A stretch of DNA of 47,415 nt from an uncultured Bacilli bacterium. GTDB lineage: Bacteria; Bacillota_I; Bacilli_A; RF39; UBA660. Positions 28,794-39,161 of the stretch are shown piece by piece. A program made the position numbers and the translations under genes. The notes beneath the pieces are model-generated. The model worked only from the letters and a program-made list of their open reading frames with translations, ran no database searches and was not told the origin of the DNA. The stretch spans positions 1-47,415 of the forward strand of contig CANQHJ010000003.1 of the NCBI GenBank assembly GCA_947623665.1. Reading direction: 5' to 3'. Numbering within the stretch: the stretch's first letter is position 1; each line of letters starts with the position of its first letter.

Positions 28794-29699
28794 TTACTCC
28801 CAATTTACAAATTCTTGTTCTATTTTTAGTTCTATATCATATTTTTCTTTTACTTTATTTTGTACATATTCAATTAAATCTTTTATATCTTGAGCAGATG
28901 CATTTTTATTATTTATAATAAAATTAGCATGTTTTTTACTTACTTCTGCTCCTCCTACTCTTTTTCCTTTAAGATTTAAATCTTCTATTAGCTTTCCTGC
29001 AAAATATCCTTCTGGATTTCTAAAGACACTTCCTGCTGAGGGATAATTTAATGGTTGAGATTCCATTCTTCTTTTACGTCTATCTTTAATTACTTCTTCT
29101 AAGGCATCTCTTCTTCCTCTATATAATTCAATGGTAGCTTCTAGGCAAATGTAGTCTTTATGTTTTTGAAGATAAGAACTTCTATAGTGAAAGTCCATTT
29201 CTTTATTAGTTAATTCTAAAACTTCTAAGGATGGTGTAAGAACTTTTACTTTTGTTACAATATATCCCATATCACTTCTATAAGCACCTGCATTCATAAA
29301 TACTGCTCCACCTATTGTTCCTGGTATTCCTGCAGCAAATTCTAATCCTGCTAAAGAGTGCTTTGCAGCTAGTAATGATAATTTAACTAAAGAATATCCT
29401 GCCCCTACTACAATTGTTGTACCATAAATATTTACCTCGTCAAAAGCATCTAGTTTTATTAATATACCATCAAACTCTTTATCACTAAATAATAAATTAG
29501 AACCATTACCTATAACTTTATATTTAATATTATACTTTTTTATTAGATTAACCAATTCAATTAATTTATCTATGTTTTTAGGATGTATTATTGCTTTGGC
29601 AATTCCTCCTACTCTATAAGTAGTATATTTTTTTATCTTTGCATTTTTTATAATTTTACCAATTTTTTGATGTTCTACTTCTTTTATAAATTCATTCAT
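28794..29699 (-). CDS. murB: UDP-N-acetylmuramate dehydrogenase
   Basis: GNGSNLL, GIPGTIGGAVFMNAGAY, SAGSVFRNP, HANFIIN. Confidence 0.96.
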   Translation of the reverse strand: MNEFIKEVEHQKIGKIIKNAKIKKYTTYRVGGIAKAIIHPKNIDKLIELVNLIKKYNIKYKVIGNGSNLLFSDKEFDGILIKLDAFDEVNIYGTTIVVGAGYSLVKLSLLAAKHSLAGLEFAAGIPGTIGGAVFMNAGAYRSDMGYIVTKVKVLTPSLEVLELTNKEMDFHYRSSYLQKHKDYICLEATIELYRGRRDALEEVIKDRRKRRMESQPLNYPSAGSVFRNPEGYFAGKLIEDLNLKGKRVGGAEVSKKHANFIINNKNASAQDIKDLIEYVQNKVKEKYDIELKIEQEFVNWE

Positions 29700-29700
29700 A

Positions 29701-30783
29701 TTAATTATTTCCTATCAATTTTTTAATTTCTTTATATAATCTAGTTGCAGAATCTGTTATCCCTAAGCTTTTAGAATTCAAATGCATTTCTTTAAGTATT
29801 TTTTCACTAGTTAAAATACGGTCTATTTCTGGTATTAAAGAGTCTTTTGAGAAATCTTTTTCTTCTATTATAGAGCATGCTCCAATACTTTCTAATTCTT
29901 TAGCATTCATTAATTGATGGTTATGTGTTACATATGGAGATGGTACTAGAATAGATGGAAGTCCAATAGCAGTAATTTCAGCAATAGTAGATGCTCCAGC
30001 ACGTGATATTATTAAATCAGCTGATTTCATAACGTTAATTAAATTGTCTAAATATGGTACTACTTTTACGTTACTTGGGATATCTACATCTTTATAGTCA
30101 TCATAATAATCTTTACCAGTTATTATTAATACTTGATATTTCTTATCTTTGAAAGAATATATTATATCTTTTAATTTATGAGTCATTGTAGTTGATCCAA
30201 GTGAACCCATTACTATAATTACTGTTTTTTTATCTTTTTGTAATCCTAAAGTTCGAAGTGGAATTGGTTCTACTTTAATAATTTCTTCACTTCTTGGATT
30301 ACCAGTATATACAACATTGTTTGTCGAAAATTGTGATACTGATCCTGGAAGTGAAACACATACTTTATCTACTATAGAAGATAATTTTTTATTTGAAACA
30401 CCTGGTATAGAGTTTTGTTCATGTATCATTGTTTTAATTTTTGCCTTGTGAGCCGCTAATAAAACTGGTACAGTTACATATCCTCCTACTCCTATTACAA
30501 TATCTGGTGTAAATTTCAACATAGCTTTATGTGCTTCTTTTATAGCTTTTCTATATTTAATATAGACATTTACATTATTTAGTAAATGTTTTCTATCTAT
30601 CCCTTCCATTTCAAGACCTATATAAGGAATCTTCATATTTGGAATTAAAGTTGACTCCATTCTATCTGTTGTTCCAATATATACTATTTCACTTTCTGGT
30701 TCCATTTCTCTTATTTTATTAATGATTGCTATGGCTGGATATATATGTCCTCCAGTTCCTCCTGCACTTATAATCACTTTCAT
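29701..30783 (-). CDS. murG: Lipid I N-acetylglucosaminyltransferase MurG
   Basis: GGTGGHIYPA, GGYV, HEQN, GNPR, GSLG, SRAGAST, HQLMNA. Confidence 0.96.
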   Translation of the reverse strand: MKVIISAGGTGGHIYPAIAIINKIREMEPESEIVYIGTTDRMESTLIPNMKIPYIGLEMEGIDRKHLLNNVNVYIKYRKAIKEAHKAMLKFTPDIVIGVGGYVTVPVLLAAHKAKIKTMIHEQNSIPGVSNKKLSSIVDKVCVSLPGSVSQFSTNNVVYTGNPRSEEIIKVEPIPLRTLGLQKDKKTVIIVMGSLGSTTMTHKLKDIIYSFKDKKYQVLIITGKDYYDDYKDVDIPSNVKVVPYLDNLINVMKSADLIISRAGASTIAEITAIGLPSILVPSPYVTHNHQLMNAKELESIGACSIIEEKDFSKDSLIPEIDRILTSEKILKEMHLNSKSLGITDSATRLYKEIKKLIGNN

Positions 30784-30848
30784 CTTGCCACATCCTTACT
30801 TATTATATTTTATGTTGTTAATAAAGAAAAAAGAAGATAAGTAGCCAC

Positions 30849-31454
30849 TTATTCCCCTGTTTGATAGTTAGTTCGTCCTTTTACGATACCTTCTAGTTTT
30901 ACTTTTCCATGGAAATGTGTACCACCTATTGATGTATCTGCACTTGAATCTATCCAAAGTTTTAAATTATATTTAATATTTTCTCCACTTCCGATTGTTC
31001 CTTGATCAAGTACTCCTTTATTTTCTCCATCTTCTTCTGTTTCTAAAAATTTAATTTGTTCGTCTTCATCATTTTTAGATAAAGCAGTTTTTAAAAGGGT
31101 ATGAGGTAGTTTGTTTTCTGTACATTGATCTTGTATGTATGCTTCTTCGTCATCTACTAAACTTATACGATATTGAGCTTCTGCTGAACCAGTGTTTCTT
31201 AAAATAAATTCATAGCTTTCTGTTTGACTTGTTCCTTGACTTTCAGTCAATGGAATAGCTGGATCTATACTAATACCATTTGCAGTCGAATCATCTAATT
31301 CAAGTATCAAAGTTCCTGTAGTTAAGGTATTTTCTTTTTCTCCTTCTCTTTGATATACAATAGATGCATAAGTTATTCCAATTAAAACGATTAAAATAGT
31401 TAAAGTTACTACTACTATTGCTTTTTTAGATTTCAATGTCTCATCATTTTTCAT
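30849..31454 (-). CDS. Secreted hypothetical protein, TasA/CalY-like architecture
   Basis: TM ending GITYA, TTGTL, YEFILRNTG, YNLKLWID, FHGKV. Confidence 0.5.
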   Translation of the reverse strand: MKNDETLKSKKAIVVVTLTILIVLIGITYASIVYQREGEKENTLTTGTLILELDDSTANGISIDPAIPLTESQGTSQTESYEFILRNTGSAEAQYRISLVDDEEAYIQDQCTENKLPHTLLKTALSKNDEDEQIKFLETEEDGENKGVLDQGTIGSGENIKYNLKLWIDSSADTSIGGTHFHGKVKLEGIVKGRTNYQTGE

Positions 31455-31514
31455 ATTAAGAACACTCCTATCCTCTATATAAATTATACTTTGTTTCTTA
31501 AAAAATGTAAATAT

Positions 31515-32099
31515 TTATTTTACTACTGTAGCACTTGCAATATCTGTACCATTTTCTATTACTTGTAGTATTCCGTGAAAATGTAGATCATTATCTGTTG
31601 CAAGAGATCCTTTTTGAGCCCATATTCTAACTGTATATTCTTCACTACTATATCCTGCAACTGTACCGAATGCTATGATATTGTCTGTAATAGAATTTAA
31701 TGATAATACTTTATTCTCTTCTCTTCCTTTGTGAATACCTACTTTTAATACTTGCATTGGTATTCTGTTTGTAGCACATTTATCATCATTAATTGCTTGA
31801 GTATCTTCTATTAGCTTTACGCTATATTTTACAGGTACTTCCAAATTATTTTTAATTGTAAATGTATAAGCACGTGAAGATAATCCAACACTATCAGTAA
31901 CAGGTGCTACTTCTTTTAATGTAACTTTATCTCCTTCACTTTCATGAAAAGTTATACTTAATGATTCACTAGATCTTATTTGATCTCTTTTATCTTTAAA
32001 ACTATTATAAATAAAATATGTTGGAATAATTGCAAATAATAAAATCATTCCTATTTTTACTAGTTGTTTAAAATAATATATTTTCAAACTTACATTCAT
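31515..32099 (-). CDS. Membrane-anchored hypothetical protein, paralog of the 201-aa neighbour
   Basis: N-terminal TM; PVTDSVG..YTFTIKN, YTVRIW and FHGIL align with the neighbour. Confidence 0.5.
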   Translation of the reverse strand: MNVSLKIYYFKQLVKIGMILLFAIIPTYFIYNSFKDKRDQIRSSESLSITFHESEGDKVTLKEVAPVTDSVGLSSRAYTFTIKNNLEVPVKYSVKLIEDTQAINDDKCATNRIPMQVLKVGIHKGREENKVLSLNSITDNIIAFGTVAGYSSEEYTVRIWAQKGSLATDNDLHFHGILQVIENGTDIASATVVK

Positions 32100-32224
32100 T
32101 TTGTTAGTCCACCTCTACTACTTATTATCATATCAATTAATAAGTTTTCAAGTCAACTAAAAGAATTTTTATTTGATTTTACGTGTCAAAAAATGTAAAC
32201 AAAAAGAAAGATTTTGTTCTTTCT

Positions 32225-32971
32225 TTAATTAGTACTCATATACCACTCTTTAAGAGCACTTGTACTTGATTTTGCTAAATTCTTTATTATTGACCAAGTA
32301 AATTTAAAACTATTTTTCATTGTTTTAAAATCTTCTCTTGCTGTATTACAAAGTTCTTGATTACTCGAACAAATTTTATTTGTTGTTTCTAAATATTTAG
32401 TTATAGTCATAGCTTTTAAATCTTTATAATCTGCTTTTATTCTTTCTTTATAATTTGGAAAATATTTATCTATTTTTTGATCTATTGTTAAGGTAATTTT
32501 TAATATTTTAAGTTTTATTTCATTTCTAAGTTCGGAAAAAGTTTTCCCTTTTATTGTACCATTTTCAAATAAAAAATCATGGATTATAGCAACATCACTT
32601 TTTAATGCTTCTCTTTGTTGTTGGTTTTGTTCATTACCACTTGCTCTTCTTTCTACATCATTAAAATATTCTACTACATCTTCTTCTGTTGGTTGAGCAA
32701 TATTTTGAATTGTATTTGAAGTTGGTGTTGGATAAACTTCAGTCTCTTCAGTATTATTTTCAACTATTTTTATATCTTCAATATTACTTTTTTTTGTTTT
32801 TTTTGCTTTTTTCTTAGCTTTATCTACAACAGTTTTATTTTCTTTTTTTATGGGTTTACTGTTACTATAAAGAGTTATACTTCCAAAAATTAAAAGACAT
32901 GCTGTAAAACCTGCAATAAATGTTATTGTTTCTTTTTTATTATTTTTAAAAAATTCTACTATTTTTTTCAT
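32225..32971 (-). CDS. Membrane-anchored hypothetical protein
   Basis: N-terminal TM, charged linker, helical C-domain (DFLFENGTIKGKTFSEL). Confidence 0.55.
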   Translation of the reverse strand: MKKIVEFFKNNKKETITFIAGFTACLLIFGSITLYSNSKPIKKENKTVVDKAKKKAKKTKKSNIEDIKIVENNTEETEVYPTPTSNTIQNIAQPTEEDVVEYFNDVERRASGNEQNQQQREALKSDVAIIHDFLFENGTIKGKTFSELRNEIKLKILKITLTIDQKIDKYFPNYKERIKADYKDLKAMTITKYLETTNKICSSNQELCNTAREDFKTMKNSFKFTWSIIKNLAKSSTSALKEWYMSTN

Positions 32972-33025
32972 AATATTCACCACTTAACTATATTTTATTC
33001 TTTTTTTTAAAAAATGCAAGATAAT

Positions 33026-33907
33026 TTAATTGCCTTTTTCTTTTATATATTCATAGACACTATTTATTGTTTTATCAAAATCTTTGAAATCTACATCAAA
33101 CCAAGTAACATCCATTTGATGATTAAAAAATGTATATTGTCTTTTAGCATATCTTCTAGAATTTTTTTGGATATCATTAATTACTTCATCAAGAGTTTTT
33201 TCGTTTTTATAAAAAGGTATAAATTCTTTGTAGCCAATACCTGTTTTTAGAGATTGATACTTTTCTAATTTATCTTTATATTTGTCTACTTCTTCTTTTA
33301 ATCCTTCATCAAACATTTCTATTACTCTTTTATTTATTCTTTGATATAATTTTTCTCTTTTAGTTGTTAGTCCAATAAATATAGCATCATATATTAATGG
33401 ATCTTTTTCTTTTGTTAGAGTATCTCCAACTTCTAAAATTTGTAATGCTCTAACTAATCTTTTTCTATTATTTATATGAATATCTACATCTTCTTGATAT
33501 TCTTTTATTTTTTTAAGTAGTTCTTCATTTGTTAATTCTTTATATTCTTTTTTATTTGTTTCTTTTTGAAATTTATAATCAAAAAGGGCTGCTTTAATAT
33601 AAAGACCACTTCCTCCTACTAAAATAGGAGTTTTATCTTTTTTTCTTATTTCTTCTATTTTTTTTCTAGCATCTTTTTGATAATCATATATCGTGTATTC
33701 TTCGTCTTCATCTTTTATATCAAATAAATGATGTAAAATATTTTGTTTTTCTAAAACTGTAGGTTTGGCAGTACCAATATTTAAGTTTTTATATACTTGC
33801 ATAGAGTCGGCATTTATAATTTCCCCATTTAATCTTTTAGCAAGTTCAATGGAAAGTTTTGTTTTTCCAACACCTGTAGGTCCAAGTATTACTATAACTT
33901 TTTGCAT
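33026..33907 (-). CDS. miaA: tRNA dimethylallyltransferase
   Basis: GPTGVGKT, DSMQVY..LNIGTAKP, VGGSGLY, RRYAKRQ; follows mutL. Confidence 0.96.
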   Translation of the reverse strand: MQKVIVILGPTGVGKTKLSIELAKRLNGEIINADSMQVYKNLNIGTAKPTVLEKQNILHHLFDIKDEDEEYTIYDYQKDARKKIEEIRKKDKTPILVGGSGLYIKAALFDYKFQKETNKKEYKELTNEELLKKIKEYQEDVDIHINNRKRLVRALQILEVGDTLTKEKDPLIYDAIFIGLTTKREKLYQRINKRVIEMFDEGLKEEVDKYKDKLEKYQSLKTGIGYKEFIPFYKNEKTLDEVINDIQKNSRRYAKRQYTFFNHQMDVTWFDVDFKDFDKTINSVYEYIKEKGN

Positions 33908-33917
33908 GTTATCACTC

Positions 33918-35690
33918 CTAATCCATAGCTCTTTTGAATAGTTTTTCTAAATCATATATTGTATAAGTAATAATTGTAGGTCTACCATGTGGACAAGTAA
34001 ATGGATTACTACATTCTCTTAGGGTATCTAATAAATATTGCATATCTTCTTCTGATATATAATCATTTGCTTTAATAGACATACGACAAGCTAGTGTTAT
34101 AGCTGTTTTTTCTATAAATTTCTCTTTAGAAAACTCTTCTTTGGTTGCAATTAATTCAAAGATTTTAGTAAGAGATTTTTTTTCATATCCTTCTTTAAAC
34201 CAAGTAGGATGTGTTCTTACTATAAAAGTATTAGTACCAAATTCTTCTGTTTTAATACCTATAGACTCTAATAAGTCTATATTTTTTTTGACCATAATAA
34301 ATTCATTAGCTGGTAATTCTATTTTTATTGGTATTAGTGGATCTATAGTCTCATTTGTTTCTTTAGACATTTCTTTTAAATATTTTTCATAGTTAATTCT
34401 CTCAGCTGCGGCATGTTGGTCTATAATATACATTCCATCTTCATTTTCAGCAATTATATATGTCATATGGACAATTCCTTTAGGATATAATCTTTTAATT
34501 CTGAAAGTATTAGTCTCTTCTTCTTTAGTATCAGTATATTCTACACTTTCTTCATCTACATCGAAATTAAAAGACATACTCTCATACTCTGGTTTTTCTT
34601 CTCTTTCTTCATCCTCTTCTTCTAAATCTATTCTATTTCCTTTATTTAGTGAATTATCAGCTTCTTCTACTGTTTTATTAGTTCTAACAGAGATTGTAGG
34701 TATAAGAAGTAGTTTTTCTAGCTTTTTAGTAATTGCACTTGTTAGTAATTCATATAATTCTTTATCTTTAGAAAACTTAATATCCATTTTAGTTGGATGA
34801 ATATTTATATCTACTAATATAGGATCTGTTTCTATATTTAAAACTATTATTGGAGATTTATCTTTTGGAATATAAGTATGATATGCTTCTATTATTTTTC
34901 TATTTAAGACATTATTTCTAATTAGTCTTGAGTTTACAAAAGTAATCATAGAATTTCTAGTTGATTTAGCAACTTCTGGATAAGATATGTATCCTGTAAT
35001 TAAGTAATCTTCATCTTCTTCGTTTATTTCAATCATCTTTTTAGCTACTTCTGATCCAAATATAGCATATATTACTTTTAAAAGATTACCATCTCCACTT
35101 GTTTCAAGTAATACTTTGTCATTGTTAATTAAAGTAAATTTTACATTAGGATTAGCAAGAGCCATTTTATTTATATAATCAGAGATATTTGCAAGTTCTA
35201 CATATAAATTTTTTAAATATTTAAGTCTTACTGGTGTATTATAAAAAAGATTAGATACAGTTATAGTTGTTCCTTTTGCTAGGTTGCTATCTTCTACTTT
35301 TGTGATTTCTCCTCCTATTACTTCTACTGTAGTTCCTATTTTTCCATTTGTTGTTTTTAATGTCATATTAGAGACACTTGCAATTGATGGAAGTGCTTCT
35401 CCACGAAATCCTAGTGTATCTATATTAAATAAATCTTCTAATGTTTTTAACTTACTTGTAGCATGTCTTAGGAAAGCTCTTTTAGCATCTTCTCTATCCA
35501 TACCTATACCGTTATCACTTACTTTTATTTGTTTAACACCAGAATCTATTAATTCTATTTTTATTTCTGTTGACTCTGCATCTAGTGAGTTTTCTACTAG
35601 TTCTTTTACTACATTCATAGTTTTTTCTACTACTTCACCAGCAGCAATTTTATTGGCAAGAGTATCATTCATTACTTGTATTTTACTCAT
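33918..35690 (-). CDS. mutL: DNA mismatch repair endonuclease MutL
   Basis: IAAGEV, KELVENSLDA, GFRGEALPSI, DQHAAAERINYE, CPHGRP. Confidence 0.97.
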   Translation of the reverse strand: MSKIQVMNDTLANKIAAGEVVEKTMNVVKELVENSLDAESTEIKIELIDSGVKQIKVSDNGIGMDREDAKRAFLRHATSKLKTLEDLFNIDTLGFRGEALPSIASVSNMTLKTTNGKIGTTVEVIGGEITKVEDSNLAKGTTITVSNLFYNTPVRLKYLKNLYVELANISDYINKMALANPNVKFTLINNDKVLLETSGDGNLLKVIYAIFGSEVAKKMIEINEEDEDYLITGYISYPEVAKSTRNSMITFVNSRLIRNNVLNRKIIEAYHTYIPKDKSPIIVLNIETDPILVDINIHPTKMDIKFSKDKELYELLTSAITKKLEKLLLIPTISVRTNKTVEEADNSLNKGNRIDLEEEDEEREEKPEYESMSFNFDVDEESVEYTDTKEEETNTFRIKRLYPKGIVHMTYIIAENEDGMYIIDQHAAAERINYEKYLKEMSKETNETIDPLIPIKIELPANEFIMVKKNIDLLESIGIKTEEFGTNTFIVRTHPTWFKEGYEKKSLTKIFELIATKEEFSKEKFIEKTAITLACRMSIKANDYISEEDMQYLLDTLRECSNPFTCPHGRPTIITYTIYDLEKLFKRAMD

Positions 35691-35710
35691 AATGCACCTT
35701 CTTTTCTATA

Positions 35711-36124
35711 TTAATATTTCTTGCTTATCTTTTCTTTAGAACACTTTAAAGTTACGTTATAAGTTAAATCTGGATTTTTTTTACTAGTATCATTATTGTG
35801 TACTATGATTTTACTATTATCATAATCACATTCTAAGTTTTTATTTTCTGGATCTACAAGTGCATCTATATATCCTTCATCTAATAAAGTGGATGCTAAA
35901 ACAGTTAAATCATCTTTTGAGTTAGTGGTTGCTGGAATAAATAGAGTATTTTTTTCTAAATAATTTCTTGTTGCATTATATAACGTTTCTACATATGTAT
36001 CATAAGTTTTCTTTTGAGCACTTAAAAAATATTTATTTACCATGGGTATTGCAACTGCGGATAATATACCAACTATAGTAATAGTTGTAATTATTTCAAC
36101 CAATGTAAACCCTTTTTTATTCAT
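35711..36124 (-). CDS. Type IV pilin-like protein (prepilin N-terminal cleavage/methylation motif)
   Basis: MNKKG|FTLVE followed by a hydrophobic helix with AIP; two C-terminal Cys. Confidence 0.85.
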   Translation of the reverse strand: MNKKGFTLVEIITTITIVGILSAVAIPMVNKYFLSAQKKTYDTYVETLYNATRNYLEKNTLFIPATTNSKDDLTVLASTLLDEGYIDALVDPENKNLECDYDNSKIIVHNNDTSKKNPDLTYNVTLKCSKEKISKKY

Positions 36125-36157
36125 ATTTATCACCTTCTAAATTAATATTATCATAAT

Positions 36158-37921
36158 TTATAATTCTTTTAAATAATTAAATAGATTTTGGGCTGTTTTT
36201 TCATCTAGTACTTTTTGTAAATCTTCTATACTTGCCTCTTTTAATTTTTTTAAGGATCCAAAAGTTCTTAGTAGTTTCTTTCTTCTTTTTTCTCCAATAT
36301 TGGGTACTAATTCTAAAATAGATGAAAGTGTCCCTTTACTTTTTAAATTTCTATGATATGTAATTGCATATCTATGTACTTCATCTTGGATTCTTGTAAG
36401 AAATAAGAATAAATGAGTATTTTTATCGAGTTTTAATACTTCATAGTTTTCGTTCATTATATGACTAGTTCTATGTTTATCATCTTTTACAAGTCCAATT
36501 ATAGGAATGTTTAATTTTAGTTCATCTATTATTTCTTTAACTACTTTTATTTGAGTCTTACCACCATCTAAAACTATTAAATCCGGGCGTCTTAAGTCTT
36601 CCATTAATACTTTATAATATCTTCTATAAACTACTTCTTTCATAGCTGATAAATCATCTTTAGCATCCGTTGTAATTTTAAATTTACGATATTCATCTTT
36701 AAGTGGTAAAAAGTCTTCATATACAACCATTCCTCCAACATAGAAAGTTCCAAAAAGATGGGAATTATCGAAAGATTCTATTCTAGAAGCATTAGGAATA
36801 TTAAGTAATTCTTTTAATTCATTTACTGCCTTTATTCTCTCTTCATCATTTTTCTTTACAGTCTCCTCTTCTAAATCTAGTTTTTCTTTAGCGTTTTCTC
36901 TTGCTAAATCTAAGAGATTTTTTAACTTTCCTCTTATTGGAGTTTCTACTTTAATATTAAAGTATTCACTTAATAGTTCTTTATCTATTTCTTTAGGTAC
37001 TAAAAGTTTACTTGGAATAATTCCATGTTTATCATAAAACTTGATAATATATTCTTCTACTTCTTCTTTGATATTTCCAAGAGTTGAGATAATATCTGAA
37101 TGTCTTCCAAATAAAAGTCCATCTCTTATAAAAAATACTTGTATTGATAAATAATTATTATCATTATAAAAATGTATAAGATCAAAGTTATATCCTTTAT
37201 TAAGATCTATTTTTTGTTTCTTTAAAGTTATTTTAATATTATCAAGATTATTTTTTAATTCTAAAGCTTTTTCATAGTTTAAATTCTTAGATGCTTCTTC
37301 CATTTCTTTTTCTAGTTTTTCTACAACTATACTACTATCTCCTTTTAAGAAAGTAATAATCTCTTTAGTCATTTCTTTTATTGTTTTTGGATCTATTTCT
37401 TTTTTACAATAACCTAGGCATTCATGTATATGATAATAAAGGCATAACTCTTTACCTAAGGTTTCACATTTTCTTAAAGGATATAATCTATTAAGTAAGT
37501 TAACCGTACTTCTTGCAGCATATACATTTGGATATGGTCCATAAAGATGTGTTTTATTCTTTTTTCTTTTTACGTTTCTTACTACTTTAAGTTTAGGATA
37601 TTTTTCATTGGTAAGTTCTATATAGGGATAACTTTTATCGTCTTTTAATAAAATATTATATTTAGGATTATATTTTTTTATTAAAGTAATTTCTAATATT
37701 AAAGATTCTAATTCAGATGAGGTAACTATATATTCAAAATCATCTATATCTTCTACTAACATTCTAGTTTTTCCTGTTGCATTTCCAGTAAAATAACTTT
37801 TAAGTCTATTTTTTAAGTTTTTTGCTTTACCAACATAGATAATTATGCCATCTTTATTTTTCATTTGATAGCTTCCTGGTTTTGTAGGTACGAGTGATAA
37901 TTTTTCTTTGAAATCTTTCAT
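36158..37921 (-). CDS. uvrC: Excinuclease ABC subunit C
   Basis: GIY-YIG (IYVGKAKNL), PKYNILLKDDKSYP, RIESFDNSH, DGG, C-terminal HhH. Confidence 0.97.
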   Translation of the reverse strand: MKDFKEKLSLVPTKPGSYQMKNKDGIIIYVGKAKNLKNRLKSYFTGNATGKTRMLVEDIDDFEYIVTSSELESLILEITLIKKYNPKYNILLKDDKSYPYIELTNEKYPKLKVVRNVKRKKNKTHLYGPYPNVYAARSTVNLLNRLYPLRKCETLGKELCLYYHIHECLGYCKKEIDPKTIKEMTKEIITFLKGDSSIVVEKLEKEMEEASKNLNYEKALELKNNLDNIKITLKKQKIDLNKGYNFDLIHFYNDNNYLSIQVFFIRDGLLFGRHSDIISTLGNIKEEVEEYIIKFYDKHGIIPSKLLVPKEIDKELLSEYFNIKVETPIRGKLKNLLDLARENAKEKLDLEEETVKKNDEERIKAVNELKELLNIPNASRIESFDNSHLFGTFYVGGMVVYEDFLPLKDEYRKFKITTDAKDDLSAMKEVVYRRYYKVLMEDLRRPDLIVLDGGKTQIKVVKEIIDELKLNIPIIGLVKDDKHRTSHIMNENYEVLKLDKNTHLFLFLTRIQDEVHRYAITYHRNLKSKGTLSSILELVPNIGEKRRKKLLRTFGSLKKLKEASIEDLQKVLDEKTAQNLFNYLKEL

Positions 37922-37999
37922 GTTATCCCTCCTTTTTCTTTTATAATTATATAATAAAAATTATATTTATACAAAGAAAAAATAGTTATTAAAACTATT

Positions 38000-38776
38000 T
38001 TAACTGTCTAAAAAACTTTGTATATTTGCAAAGAAAGAAGTATCTTCATCATTTTCTTCTGTTTGCTCTTCTTTTTCTTCTAGTGGTTCTTCTGGTTCAT
38101 TGTTGTAAGTTGGTTCTATTGCTGGTTTTATTTCTTCATTAGTTAAACTATTTTCATCAACTAGTTCTTCTGCTGTTTCTTTTTCTTCTGGATTTGGTGT
38201 ATCAAGATTTTCTTGTTTTATTTCTACTACATCTTGTGATCTATCTTTATTATTAGGATTTTGTAGCGCAGCTTCTTTTTGTTCTGCATCTACTCTTGCT
38301 TGTTGTGCTTCAGTTTCTTCTCTATTAGCAGTCTCTCTTGCTTCTTTTAAATCTTTTTCAATTAATGAAAGTTCTTCATGAGCAACTTGTAGTTGTAATG
38401 TTTCATTTTCTACTATATCTTTTGCTTGCTCTTCTGCTTCTTGTTTAAGTCTTAGTATTTCTTCTGCTTCTTCACGAGCACTGATAGCTTCTATTTCTCT
38501 TGTTCTAGCATCTTTAAGTACTGCTTCTTTTTCATTTACTTTTTCTTGTGCTACTTGAACATCTAATTCTAAATTATCAACTGTTTGTTGAGCCATCTTT
38601 GCTTTAGCTTCCTTATTTATAGCATATTCACGAGCTTTGTCTGCTTCCCTTCTTAATTTTTGTCTATATTCTTTTTCTCTTCTTGTTTGTTCATCTTGAG
38701 CTCTTTCAATTAACTTCTTTAATGATTCTGGATCTAAACCTTCTAAATCAATGTTATTAAAATCCATTCCATTCAT
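38000..38776 (-). CDS. Acidic coiled-coil hypothetical protein
   Basis: E/A/K/Q-rich heptad region and acidic disordered tail; AAGGAG RBS. Confidence 0.6.
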   Translation of the reverse strand: MNGMDFNNIDLEGLDPESLKKLIERAQDEQTRREKEYRQKLRREADKAREYAINKEAKAKMAQQTVDNLELDVQVAQEKVNEKEAVLKDARTREIEAISAREEAEEILRLKQEAEEQAKDIVENETLQLQVAHEELSLIEKDLKEARETANREETEAQQARVDAEQKEAALQNPNNKDRSQDVVEIKQENLDTPNPEEKETAEELVDENSLTNEEIKPAIEPTYNNEPEEPLEEKEEQTEENDEDTSFFANIQSFLDS

Positions 38777-38896
38777 ACTTCATCTCTCCTTATTCTTTTT
38801 TTGTACCAGTTTTATCCTATTATCAAATTAATTATAGCATAATAGTTTTTAAATGTAAATGCTATAAATTATATGATTTTTTATTTTTACGTAAAG

Positions 38897-38920
38897 AAAA
38901 ACAAGTTTCTACTTGTTTTT
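38897..38920 (-). terminator. Terminator after yneF
   Basis: AAAAACAAG...CTTGTTTTT inverted repeat at the stop codon. Confidence 0.55.
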
Positions 38921-39128
38921 ACATGTATTTTTGCATAGATTTCATCATTTGATTTATTTGTTTTTGATTAGGTTTTCTACCCATCTGCATCATTAATGTT
39001 TTAATCATATCTTCATTAATTGGTGGATTATCTTTTAAATATTTTTTCATAAAGTAGCGTGCTACTACGAAACCTATTATTAATCCAATGATAAGACCTA
39101 CTACTAATATTAAGATATCATGCCACAT
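38919..39128 (-). CDS. yneF: YneF/UPF0154 family small membrane protein
   Basis: TM followed by [28 protein letters not shown]. Confidence 0.92.
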   Translation of the reverse strand: MWHDILILVVGLIIGLIIGFVVARYFMKKYLKDNPPINEDMIKTLMMQMGRKPNQKQINQMMKSMQKYM

Positions 39129-39161
39129 AATATCTCCTCCTCAAAGATATTTTACTAAATA

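Noticed and set aside
38000-38776. Coiled-coil protein as an SMC, DivIVA or GpsB homolog
   Set aside because: No diagnostic motifs; low-complexity composition alone is insufficient.
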